64,000 nt of DNA from Candidatus Abzuiibacterium crystallinum (GTDB taxonomy: Bacteria > Omnitrophota > Omnitrophia > Omnitrophales > Abzuiibacteriaceae): assembly GCA_002787155.1 (NCBI GenBank), contig PCVY01000023.1, positions 6,828-70,827 of the forward strand, given 5' to 3'. Position 1 is the first letter of the stretch, and every line of letters starts with the position of its first letter. This document shows positions 9,773 to 17,517 of this stretch, piece by piece. The notes beneath the pieces were generated by a model. That model was not told where the DNA came from and did no database searches. It saw only the letters and a list, made by a program, of their open reading frames with translations. The translations under genes were made by a program, and so were the position numbers.

Positions 9773-11449
9773 ATGAATCTCGGCAGCATACTCAAAGAGC
9801 GCGGTCTTCTGAATGCGGATCAATTGATTAAGGCCGAATCTTACGCTCAATCGAAAAAAATACCGTTAGGTTCGGCGATTCAGCGCCTTAATCTTGCCGC
9901 CAAAGAGCAAATTTACATGACGGTAGCCGAATCCATCGGTGTTCCTTATGTGGATCTATCCAGCTATGAAATTTCTCCCGATTGCACAAAATTGATCGCG
10001 CAAGAAACCGCGCGGCGTTACCGGGCCATTCCGCTTTTCAAAATCCAACAAACACTCACAGTCGCCATGGAAGACCCCACCAAATTGGCGGCGATTGACC
10101 GGATCCGGCATGAATCCAAAATGGAAATCGAATTGTGTTTGGCCGCCCCTGAAGACGTGCAAGAAGCTTTAGACCGTTACTTTGGCGTTTCGGGGACCAT
10201 TTCGAAATTGCTGGCTTCTTTAGATGCCGAAGACAAAGTCCGCCGGCGCGGAAGTGCGCCGCCCAAAGCAAAGCCGCTTAGCTTTGAAGCAACGGGGGGT
10301 GAACAGCCGATTGTGCAATTGGTCAATTTGATAGTCGAAGAAGCCGTGGAGCGGGGCGCCAGTGACATTCATATTGAACCCGAAGCAAACGAACTGCGCG
10401 TTCGTTACCGCATTGATGGTGTTTTGCAGGAAGCTCCTTCGCCGCCCAAACACTATGAAAGCGCGATCGTGTCGCGCTTAAAAGTGTTGGCCAATTTAGA
10501 TATTGCCGAAACCCGCATGCCCCAGGACGGTCAAATGAAAATCCAAGTCAAGAGCCGGGCCATTGATATTCGTGTCTCGGTCGTCCCGACCATTTATGGG
10601 GAAAACGCGGTCTTACGTATTCTAGATACCAACCGCGCTTTGCTCGACTTAAAACAATTGGGTTTTGCCGATGCCATGCTCCATCAGTTTGAAGAACTCA
10701 TCCGAAAATCCTACGGCATGATTTTAGTCACAGGCCCTACGGGCAGCGGCAAAACCACTTCACTTTATGCAGCTTTAACAGCCATTAATTCGGTTGAGCG
10801 CAGCATTGTCACCATTGAAGACCCGGTGGAATTCAAATTATCCCTCATTCGCCAAATCCAAGTGAACCCCAAAGCACAGCTGACGTTTGCCAACGGGCTT
10901 CGTTCCATTGTGCGGCAAGATCCGGATGTCATTATGGTCGGTGAAATCCGTGACTCCGAAACGGCCCACATTGCTACGCAAGCGGCGCTCACGGGCCATT
11001 TGGTTTTTAGTACGCTGCATACGCAAAATGCGGCGGGAGCCATTACGCGATTAGATGACATGGGGGTTGAGCCGTTTTACATTTCCTCATCGCTTCTATG
11101 CGTGGTTGCGCAGCGGCTGGTGCGTACCATTTGCGGGCAATGTAAAAAAACATATGATCCGCCTTCGGATATTCTAAACGCGATTCCGGCCAAGCACCGT
11201 TCAGAGATGAAGTTCTATAAAGGAAAAGGCTGTCAAAAATGCCAGCAAACGGGTTATCGAGGCCGTATTGGTATTTTTGAATTGCTTCGCATGACCGATG
11301 CGATCCGCCGGATGATTGCCAAAAAAGCAGTCAGTGCCGACATCCAACAACAAGCCGAAGCTGATGGCATGCAAACTTTATTTCTTGATGGTTTGGAAAA
11401 AGTGAAAGCGGGTATTACCACCATTGATGAAATTTTGAAAGTGATGTAG
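9773..11449 (+). CDS. GspE/PilB-family secretion or pilus-assembly ATPase
   Basis: 558 aa. It has an N-terminal T2SE_N/MshEN-like domain, Walker A GPTGSGKTTSLYAAL, Asp/His boxes (IMVGEIRDSETA, GHLVFSTLHT) and a tetracysteine cluster CGQCKK...CQKCQQTGYRGRIGIFE. Confidence 0.92.
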   Translation: MNLGSILKERGLLNADQLIKAESYAQSKKIPLGSAIQRLNLAAKEQIYMTVAESIGVPYVDLSSYEISPDCTKLIAQETARRYRAIPLFKIQQTLTVAMEDPTKLAAIDRIRHESKMEIELCLAAPEDVQEALDRYFGVSGTISKLLASLDAEDKVRRRGSAPPKAKPLSFEATGGEQPIVQLVNLIVEEAVERGASDIHIEPEANELRVRYRIDGVLQEAPSPPKHYESAIVSRLKVLANLDIAETRMPQDGQMKIQVKSRAIDIRVSVVPTIYGENAVLRILDTNRALLDLKQLGFADAMLHQFEELIRKSYGMILVTGPTGSGKTTSLYAALTAINSVERSIVTIEDPVEFKLSLIRQIQVNPKAQLTFANGLRSIVRQDPDVIMVGEIRDSETAHIATQAALTGHLVFSTLHTQNAAGAITRLDDMGVEPFYISSSLLCVVAQRLVRTICGQCKKTYDPPSDILNAIPAKHRSEMKFYKGKGCQKCQQTGYRGRIGIFELLRMTDAIRRMIAKKAVSADIQQQAEADGMQTLFLDGLEKVKAGITTIDEILKVM

Positions 11450-11459
11450 TTTAGAGATA

Positions 11460-11626
11460 CCAGAAACCGGTTTCATAAGTCCTCGTAAACCTAATAAAGA
11501 CATGTCATTGCGAGCTGAAGGCGAAGCAATCTCAGGTTTTAAAGAGGGATTGCCGCGTCGCTCCTTCGGAGTTCCTCGCAATGACGTGAATAAGGTAACT
11601 TATGAAGCCGCTTCCAGAAACCGGTT
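11460..11626. mobile_element. MITE-like palindromic element between the ATPase and platform genes
   Basis: The core has nested inverted repeats: GTCATTGCGAG (11504-11514) / CTCGCAATGAC (11575-11585), and GAAGCAATC (11523-11531) / GATTGC (11548-11553). Outer inverted repeats are TTCATAAG (11472-11479) / CTTATGAA (11599-11606). A 13-nt direct repeat CCAGAAACCGGTT flanks it at 11460-11472 and 11614-11626. Confidence 0.6.
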
Positions 11627-11714
11627 GCCAGTCAGCAGGTTAGTGATTCAGAAAATTTCAGCGGCACCTGGATTCTGGTTGCTGTTTTCCGGTTACTTGC
11701 TAAAGGGAACACAC

Positions 11715-12956
11715 GTGCCCATTTATCGTTATAAAGTCAAAACCGCGCAAGGTGAAGTGGTCACCGGTGCGATTGATGTTGAGAACAAGGAGTCGCTTCA
11801 AAAACAGTTGCGCACGCAAGGCCTGAGGCTTTTAGCGGCACAATTGGTTTCCACCAAGCCTGTTCCGGATGAAGACCGGTCCCTTCTGGTCGAACAAAAA
11901 AGAATCCGCGTTTCAAAAGCCCGTGTCCGCGATGAAGATATTTTAATGTTTACCCGTGAATTGCACAGTCTGGTCCGCTCCGGCATTCCGATCTTAAGCG
12001 GACTGCATTCCATGGCAGCCTCCACGAGTCACCGGACGATTAAAAATGTTGTTCTGTCTTTAGCCAATGATGTGGAAGCGGGCGAGCGGCTCTCAGATGC
12101 CATGCGCCGTCATCCGAACGTTTTCGAAGAAGTCTATGTGAGCAGCGTGGTAGCCGGTGAAGCGGCAGGGCAATTGCCGGAAGTATTAAGTCATTTAATT
12201 TCACTGCTTGAGCACCGGATTGAAACGCGAGGCGATATTCAAACGGCGACCCGTTATCCGTTAATTGTTTTAATCACGCTCGGTATTGGGTTTGGGATTA
12301 TCATTAATTTTGTCATTCCAAAGTTTGCCGGTTTCTACGCCAAATTTAACGCCGAACTTCCGCTGCCGACAAGGTTTTTAATTGCCTTGGGTCATTTGAC
12401 TTCCCAGCACGGTCTCGCTATGTTGGTCGTGCTTACTATTTGTATTTTCGCGGTTCGTATTTTTCTGCGTACGCCGATCGGAAAAAGTAGGTGGGACCAG
12501 CTCACGCTTCAAGTGCCTGTTTTTGGTCCGCTGTATCATAAAATTGCGTTATCTACTTTTGCAGCAACACTTGAGATGCTATATCGAAGCGGTGTTCCTA
12601 TCACGGAAGCTTTGCGTGTTGCCGCGCATGTGACCGGTAATGATATCGTAAGGCGCGGTGTGATCGACGTGCGGGAAGGTGTTTTGGCAGGCGAACCGAT
12701 TGCGGCGGTCATGAAACGGCATGCGATTTTTCCTTCGCTCATGGTGCAAATGATGTCCACTGGGGAGCAGACGGGTAACTTGGATCAATTGTTGCGTGAT
12801 TTGGCCAATCATTACGACCGGCAAGTCAAATATGAAACCAAGAACCTGACCACTTTAATCGAGCCCATGCTGACCATTTTATTAGGAGGGATGGTGCTGG
12901 TATTTGCCCTGGGTATTTTCTTACCCATGTGGAACATGATTCATCTCTTCAGATAA
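11715..12956 (+). CDS. GspF/PilC-family inner-membrane platform protein
   Basis: The listed ORF is 11502..12956, but its first ~70 codons are the translated MITE (MSLRAEGEAIS...). A GTG at 11715 is preceded by AAGGGA 6 nt upstream and gives MPIYRYKVKTAQGEVVTG, a typical GspF N-terminus, for a product of ~413 aa. Two T2SSF repeats are evident. Confidence 0.85.
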   Translation: MPIYRYKVKTAQGEVVTGAIDVENKESLQKQLRTQGLRLLAAQLVSTKPVPDEDRSLLVEQKRIRVSKARVRDEDILMFTRELHSLVRSGIPILSGLHSMAASTSHRTIKNVVLSLANDVEAGERLSDAMRRHPNVFEEVYVSSVVAGEAAGQLPEVLSHLISLLEHRIETRGDIQTATRYPLIVLITLGIGFGIIINFVIPKFAGFYAKFNAELPLPTRFLIALGHLTSQHGLAMLVVLTICIFAVRIFLRTPIGKSRWDQLTLQVPVFGPLYHKIALSTFAATLEMLYRSGVPITEALRVAAHVTGNDIVRRGVIDVREGVLAGEPIAAVMKRHAIFPSLMVQMMSTGEQTGNLDQLLRDLANHYDRQVKYETKNLTTLIEPMLTILLGGMVLVFALGIFLPMWNMIHLFR

Positions 12957-12969
12957 TGCCTTGGGGTGT

Positions 12970-13095
12970 CTTGGGGTCAGCACCTGAAGTTCATTGACAT
13001 TATTTAATATTCTTAATGAAAGCTTCAGGTACAGTCCCAACCAACCCTTAATATATAAATTGGAAGGTTGGGACAGGTCGGGGTCTGACCCCAAG
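12970..13095 (+). repeat. 126-nt nested-palindrome element (predicted three-way junction) just after the platform gene
   Basis: Outer stem: CTTGGGGTCAG (12970-12980) / CTGACCCCAAG (13085-13095). Inner hairpin A: ACCTGAAGTTCATT (12982-12995) / AATGAA..CTTCAGGT (13015-13030). Inner hairpin B: GTCCCAACC (13034-13042) / GGTTGGGAC (13066-13074). Confidence 0.55.
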
Positions 13096-13099
13096 AGTA

Positions 13100-13127
13100 T
13101 TGAACTTAACGTATTCTGTGGTATGAT
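13100..13127 (+). promoter_or_regulatory. Sigma70-like promoter (extended -10) for the first pilin gene
   Basis: TTGAAC (13100-13105), a 16-nt spacer, then TGgTATGAT (13119-13127). It lies between the palindromic element and the SD/ATG of the first prepilin gene. Confidence 0.4.
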
Positions 13128-13211
13128 AATTAAAGTTCAGTAAGCAGTTTTAGTTTCTATGTTTTCATGACGTTATGTTATAAAGATATCACTGCAAACG
13201 GAGGTCGTGCA

Positions 13212-13727
13212 ATGAAAAGTCGTCGTTTATCCCGAAAAGGTTTTACCCCGTTAGAGAATGAATCAGTATTAATTGGAAGTCATGACAAAAAGCCTATTGA
13301 TTGTCAAAGTGGAAAAACCCGCTTGAGAAAGAAACGCTCTCTAACGGGGTTTACGTTAATTGAATTAGTGATGGTCATTGTTGTATTAGGTTTTCTAGCG
13401 GTTGCCGCATTGCCGTCCTACTTTGATATTTCAACCGCTGCCCAAACAGCCAATGAAGATGGTGTCGTTGGCGGTGTCCGAGCCGGCATTGCCACCCAAT
13501 TTGTATCAGTGTTTACCACCGGAATCGGAACGCCTACATTTCCGGCTTCATTGGATACAGTAGGTGTTGCAACTACCTGTGATTCGGCTAACCCATGTTT
13601 TTCAACAGTATTACCAGGCGGTGTAACAGACGGTAATTGGACAAAAACAACCGCCACGCAATACACGGGCCCAAACAGCGGAACGTATACTTACAATTCA
13701 TCAAACGGCACTTTTACATCACCCTAA
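13212..13727 (+). CDS. Prepilin-type N-terminal cleavage/methylation domain protein (candidate major pilin/pseudopilin) with an abnormally long, duplicated leader
   Basis: GGAGG (13200-13204) lies 7 nt before ATG 13212, inside listed ORF 13167..13727. The sequence has RSLTG|FTLIELVMVIVVLGFLAVAALP (class III signal plus hydrophobic helix). The C-terminus is Thr/Ser/Gly-rich. Confidence 0.8.
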   Translation: MKSRRLSRKGFTPLENESVLIGSHDKKPIDCQSGKTRLRKKRSLTGFTLIELVMVIVVLGFLAVAALPSYFDISTAAQTANEDGVVGGVRAGIATQFVSVFTTGIGTPTFPASLDTVGVATTCDSANPCFSTVLPGGVTDGNWTKTTATQYTGPNSGTYTYNSSNGTFTSP

Positions 13728-13918
13728 TTTATTTATTCTCTGTTTTTCCTGTTAAGTGCTGCTACTGATGGGAAACTATTATTTCCATGTGATAACATGT
13801 ATTTTCACACAAAAAGTATTACTCCGCCCACGGACGCTCAAACAGTTCTATCAATAATTAATAGAAAAACTTCCCTAACGCAATCCGTTAGCAACAGCAC
13901 TCTTCAGAACTTAACCTT

Positions 13919-14386
13919 ATGCTGAATTTTCGCGCTGAGCGATGCAACCGAGTTTCTCGCGGGGCGGGGTTTACGCTTATTGAGCTCACCATCATCATTG
14001 TGATTATCGGTGTTTTGGCTGCTGCTGCTATTCCGCGTTATCTTGATCTCACCAACGAAGCAAAATTAAATGCCACCAAAGGTATTTTAGGTAATATGCG
14101 TGCCGCCATTATGATGCAGCGTGTGGATAACATCATCAAAACAGGTCAAGACCGTTTTCCGTCGTTAGCAGATATTCAGGATAATCCTTTTCAAACGGGT
14201 TGTACCGTTTTAGAAACGGGGGATCTTCCCGACAATCCTTTTAGTACAGGCTCGGATCCGGACGGTGTGGTGAGTACCACAGGCCGCCCCGTACCGACCG
14301 GTACGGATGGGGCGTGGGCCTATGATCCGCGAACGGGCGGTTTTTACGCAAACACCAAGAGCGGGAATGGCGAGGAACTTTTCTAA
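13919..14386 (+). CDS. Prepilin-type pilin/pseudopilin (GspG/PilA-like)
   Basis: 155 aa. It has RGAG|FTLIELTIIIVIIGVLAAAAIPRYLDLTNEAK, with Glu at +5 and the typical alpha1 helix. Confidence 0.82.
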   Translation: MLNFRAERCNRVSRGAGFTLIELTIIIVIIGVLAAAAIPRYLDLTNEAKLNATKGILGNMRAAIMMQRVDNIIKTGQDRFPSLADIQDNPFQTGCTVLETGDLPDNPFSTGSDPDGVVSTTGRPVPTGTDGAWAYDPRTGGFYANTKSGNGEELF

Positions 14387-14399
14387 TTTAGTAACTTAT

Positions 14400-14969
14400 A
14401 TGGGGTCAGACCCTGACCTGACCCCAAGACTAAGGGTCAGGTCAGGGTCTGACCCCAGGAAGAAGCGTTCCCTGTCTCTAACGGGGTTTACCCTCATCGA
14501 AATCCTGGTTGTTTTCACCGTCATCGTTTTTCTTTCCGTTTTTGCACTGACTAATTTCATCGATTTCTCCGCAACCCGTATCGAGGGGGCTGCCAAACGC
14601 ATTCAAACCGACATTCGTTATATTCAGCAAATTGCGTTGGCGCAGCAAAGAAGAACGCGTATCACCTTTGATGCCGGCACGGATAGTTATGCGGCTGAAA
14701 TGGAAAACACGCCCAATGCGGAAGATTGGACGTCGATCAATGACCCGCTGACCCGCCAGACTTTTCAGGTTATTTTTAATACGGGCGACTATCAAGGGGT
14801 TGATATCACAGGGGTGACGCTTGGCAGCGGGGATGTTTTGATATTTGATGAGATGGGCGATCCTTATACGGATGGAAACGTCGCTTTGGTAGAACCCGCC
14901 AATATTGTTTTAAACGGGACGCGTCAGATCCAAATCACAAGGGAAACAGGCCGTGTTCAAATTGTTTAA
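14400..14969 (+). CDS. Minor pseudopilin, GspH/FimT-like
   Basis: In listed ORF 14307..14969, the ATG at 14400 follows the upstream stop (14386). It has SLSLTG|FTLIEILVV followed by AKRIQTDIRYIQQIALAQQRRTRITFD, a GspH/FimT-type domain pattern. Confidence 0.72.
   Translation: MGSDPDLTPRLRVRSGSDPRKKRSLSLTGFTLIEILVVFTVIVFLSVFALTNFIDFSATRIEGAAKRIQTDIRYIQQIALAQQRRTRITFDAGTDSYAAEMENTPNAEDWTSINDPLTRQTFQVIFNTGDYQGVDITGVTLGSGDVLIFDEMGDPYTDGNVALVEPANIVLNGTRQIQITRETGRVQIV
14401..14457. repeat. REP-like perfect palindrome (24-bp arms, 9-nt loop)
   Basis: TGGGGTCAGACCCTGACCTGACCC (14401-14424) and GGGTCAGGTCAGGGTCTGACCCCA (14434-14457) are exact reverse complements. Confidence 0.9.
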
Positions 14970-15013
14970 CCCGTTAGAGACGCACGGGGTCTGACCCCAG
15001 GAGTACTACTAAA

Positions 15014-15436
15014 ATGCTTATCCAATTTCAAGTTGGAAAGACGCAATTGCAAAAAAGACGCTCTCTAACGGGGTTTACCCTGATCGAAATCGTGATTGTC
15101 ATCGTGGTTCTTTCGCTGGTAGCAGCCACACTTCTGACGGTGATGGGTGCCATTAGTCAAAACGTGATCCTTCCTTTCATGACTCAAATTGCAACCGGGC
15201 TCGCTGAAGAGCAGTTTGAACGCGTGATCGGACTTCGGTTTTCACAAGTCACAGACGAAGGGCCGGCAGCATTTGCGTTTCCCTTTACGGATTATTCGTA
15301 TGAGATTACCGTGAGTCCCGTTCCGGCAAATCTTTTTAATGATCCTTCCATGACACGTTACAAACAAGTGGAAATTGAAGTGAGTCACGCCTTAGTTGGC
15401 CATGTGAATGTGTACACGGTGGTAACCAATCATTAA
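15014..15436 (+). CDS. Minor pseudopilin (GspI/PilV-like)
   Basis: 140 aa. It has KRRSLTG|FTLIEIVIVIVVLSLVAATLL, a prepilin signal. Confidence 0.72.
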   Translation: MLIQFQVGKTQLQKRRSLTGFTLIEIVIVIVVLSLVAATLLTVMGAISQNVILPFMTQIATGLAEEQFERVIGLRFSQVTDEGPAAFAFPFTDYSYEITVSPVPANLFNDPSMTRYKQVEIEVSHALVGHVNVYTVVTNH

Positions 15437-15453
15437 CGGAGGGCTCGGGGCGC

Positions 15454-15478
15454 GGGGTCAGGTCCCGGACCTGACCCC
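15454..15478. repeat. REP-like 25-nt perfect palindrome
   Basis: GGGGTCAGGTCC-C-GGACCTGACCCC. It lies 18 nt after the upstream stop (15436) and 4 nt before ATG 15483. Confidence 0.9.
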
Positions 15479-15482
15479 TGAA

Positions 15483-16043
15483 ATGGATGACATGTTAAGT
15501 CGAATGATGCAAAAAAGAAGAGGGTTTACCCTTGTCGAACTGGTGATGGTGATTGCCATCATCGGGATCATGGCAGGCCTCCTTGGCCCTTTTTTGATTG
15601 TCACCGCTGATGCGCTGGATTTAATGTCCGTACAGTCCAATCTACAGGAAAGCGCTCAGGCGGCACTGGAACGCATGAGCCGTGATATTCGGCGGCTTCG
15701 GGATGATGAAAGTGTGGTGAATGCATCTTCCAGCTTTTTTTGGTTTTATGATGTGGATGACCGTCAAATGATTTATATTTTGGTCGGCAATACTTTGGTC
15801 CGGGTGATTTTTCCCGTTACACTTCCGCTGACTGTTCTAGCCGATCACGTTCAAACACTTTTGTTTCGCTATTATGATGACGATGGAAACCTCATTCCTT
15901 CTCCTGTGGTCGGATTGGGAACCGCCACCAATATCCGCCGCGTTCAAGTCGATATTCTTTTTGCAGACGGCAGTAAAAATTTAGTCGTGGAAGATAACAT
16001 TAGACCGAGAAATTTAAGACATGAATCCGATCGATTCTTTTAA
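15483..16043 (+). CDS. Minor pseudopilin (GspJ/PilW-like)
   Basis: 186 aa. It has MQKRRG|FTLVELVMVIAIIGIMAGLL followed by LQESAQAALERMSRDIRRL, a GspJ/PulJ-type pattern. Confidence 0.72.
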   Translation: MDDMLSRMMQKRRGFTLVELVMVIAIIGIMAGLLGPFLIVTADALDLMSVQSNLQESAQAALERMSRDIRRLRDDESVVNASSSFFWFYDVDDRQMIYILVGNTLVRVIFPVTLPLTVLADHVQTLLFRYYDDDGNLIPSPVVGLGTATNIRRVQVDILFADGSKNLVVEDNIRPRNLRHESDRFF

Positions 16044-17517
16044 AAGCTTGGGGTCAGGTCCGGGACCTGACCCCAGGAAAAAAGGTGTTTCACTGATCGC
16101 AGCCGTTGTGCTCATGCTGTTATTGGGCCTTTCGGGTGCCATTGGTTCGGCCATTGTGGCCAATGCCGGCATCCGCACGGTGCATACAGCACAAAGTTTA
16201 CAAGCCTTAGGCATTGCGCATGCCGGCATCGAATGGTATTTGGAACAATTGGAAGACGATACCGATTGGACTGATCAAACAAATGAAGTTCGCTTATTTG
16301 GGCCGCCGAGCACAGTGAGTAGTTTTACAATCCAGATTAACAATGCGTCTGCTACGGAAGTGAATTTCACATCCCTAGGACTTTTGGCGGGTTTGGATGG
16401 ACGGACCATGCAGCGCCGTTTAACGGTCACGGCTCAAAAAATGCCGTCCGCTTTTCTTTTTGCCTTGTATCAAGGCGAAGACCCGGGGGCTAACTTGGAA
16501 ATCAGAAATTCTTCCGTGGTCACAGGGGACATGTGGTCGCGGGGTTCAGTCAATGTTTTTTCTGGTAACACGGTACAGAATGGTTTGGTGTATGTGCCTG
16601 ATACCGAAACGGTGAGTGGTGCCGGTACGTTTACCGCTAAACAAATGACAGCGCCCTATCCCGCGATGCCGCAGATCACAACCACCAGTTACACCACGCT
16701 CATGGATGGATACGACACTACGATTGATACCGCTTCTGGTGCGGGTGATGATCCGCGAAATAGCGATATATTTTTATCGGGCAATACCATTTTGGCCAGA
16801 AACTTTTCAACATCAGGCACCATGACCATTACCGGGCACGGCACGATCGTCGCATTTCGAAATATGGACCTGCATACCGGCAATGGCGGAACGCTCACCA
16901 TCACACCATCCGGTGGGGACATTGTTTTCTTAGCAGGCCGCAATCTGGAAATCGGTAATACCAATGGCAATTCCACAGTTACAGTGAATGGCTCTGTGAC
17001 ACCCGGCAGTACCTGCCGCTTTTATTCAGAAGCCATGACCAATGCGAGTCAGCGCGTGCGGGTAAGCGGCAGTAATACCAATGTACACGGAGCTAATTTT
17101 TATGCGCGCCGCCGCATCTCAGTGGATAATAATGCTGTCATTGATCAGGGGAGTCTGCTTTATATTGATCGCGCCTCTTCCGCCAATAACAACCAAATTG
17201 ATATTACGGGTTCCGCCACGGCAGTCATCGGCTCTGTGATTAGTACCGGTCGGAATAATCTAAACCTTAGGATCCGGAATCAAGCGACGGTAACCGGTCT
17301 TGTTTATTCGTATGACACGGGCGGCAACGGACGTTTAGAGCTCAACAATTGCACCGTAACGGGTGCGGCGGCGGCCCAAAATTTCCGTGTCGGTAATAAT
17401 AACAATCGGATTCAAAGCGCAGCCGTTACTTACAGCGCCAGCGCTTTACCTTCAAGTGTTCCGAATGGATTTGAGACTTATGTTGTCAAAAAACCGAATT
17501 CGTGGGATCCTTTATAA
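16021..17517 (+). CDS. Large PilX/GspK-like pilus-associated protein with a repetitive C-terminal region rich in Asn, Thr, Ser and Gly
   Basis: 498 aa. The N-terminus KKGVSLIAAVVLMLLLGLSGAIGSAIV...AQSLQALGIAHAGIEWYLEQL matches the PilX N-terminal pattern and has no G|FTLIE site. The remainder is N/T/S/G-rich with short periodic hydrophobic positions, suggesting a beta-solenoid. Confidence 0.6.
   Translation: MNPIDSFKSLGSGPGPDPRKKGVSLIAAVVLMLLLGLSGAIGSAIVANAGIRTVHTAQSLQALGIAHAGIEWYLEQLEDDTDWTDQTNEVRLFGPPSTVSSFTIQINNASATEVNFTSLGLLAGLDGRTMQRRLTVTAQKMPSAFLFALYQGEDPGANLEIRNSSVVTGDMWSRGSVNVFSGNTVQNGLVYVPDTETVSGAGTFTAKQMTAPYPAMPQITTTSYTTLMDGYDTTIDTASGAGDDPRNSDIFLSGNTILARNFSTSGTMTITGHGTIVAFRNMDLHTGNGGTLTITPSGGDIVFLAGRNLEIGNTNGNSTVTVNGSVTPGSTCRFYSEAMTNASQRVRVSGSNTNVHGANFYARRRISVDNNAVIDQGSLLYIDRASSANNNQIDITGSATAVIGSVISTGRNNLNLRIRNQATVTGLVYSYDTGGNGRLELNNCTVTGAAAAQNFRVGNNNNRIQSAAVTYSASALPSSVPNGFETYVVKKPNSWDPL
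16050..16074. repeat. REP-like 25-nt perfect palindrome
   Basis: GGGGTCAGGTCC-G-GGACCTGACCCC. It lies 7 nt after the upstream stop (16043), inside the 5' coding end of the next ORF. Confidence 0.9.

Noticed and set aside
11502-11714. ATG 11502 as the start of the platform protein (listed ORF 11502..12956).
   Set aside because: The first ~28 codons are the translated MITE palindrome (MSLRAEGEAISGFKEGLPRRSFGVPRND). A GTG at 11715 with an upstream AAGGGA gives a typical GspF/PilC N-terminus and length.
14307-14399. ATG 14307 as the start of the GspH-like pseudopilin (listed ORF 14307..14969).
   Set aside because: It overlaps the 3' end of the preceding pilin gene by 80 nt in another frame. ATG 14400 lies just after that gene's stop and still includes the full prepilin motif. 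The start remains somewhat uncertain because of the 24-bp stem at 14401.
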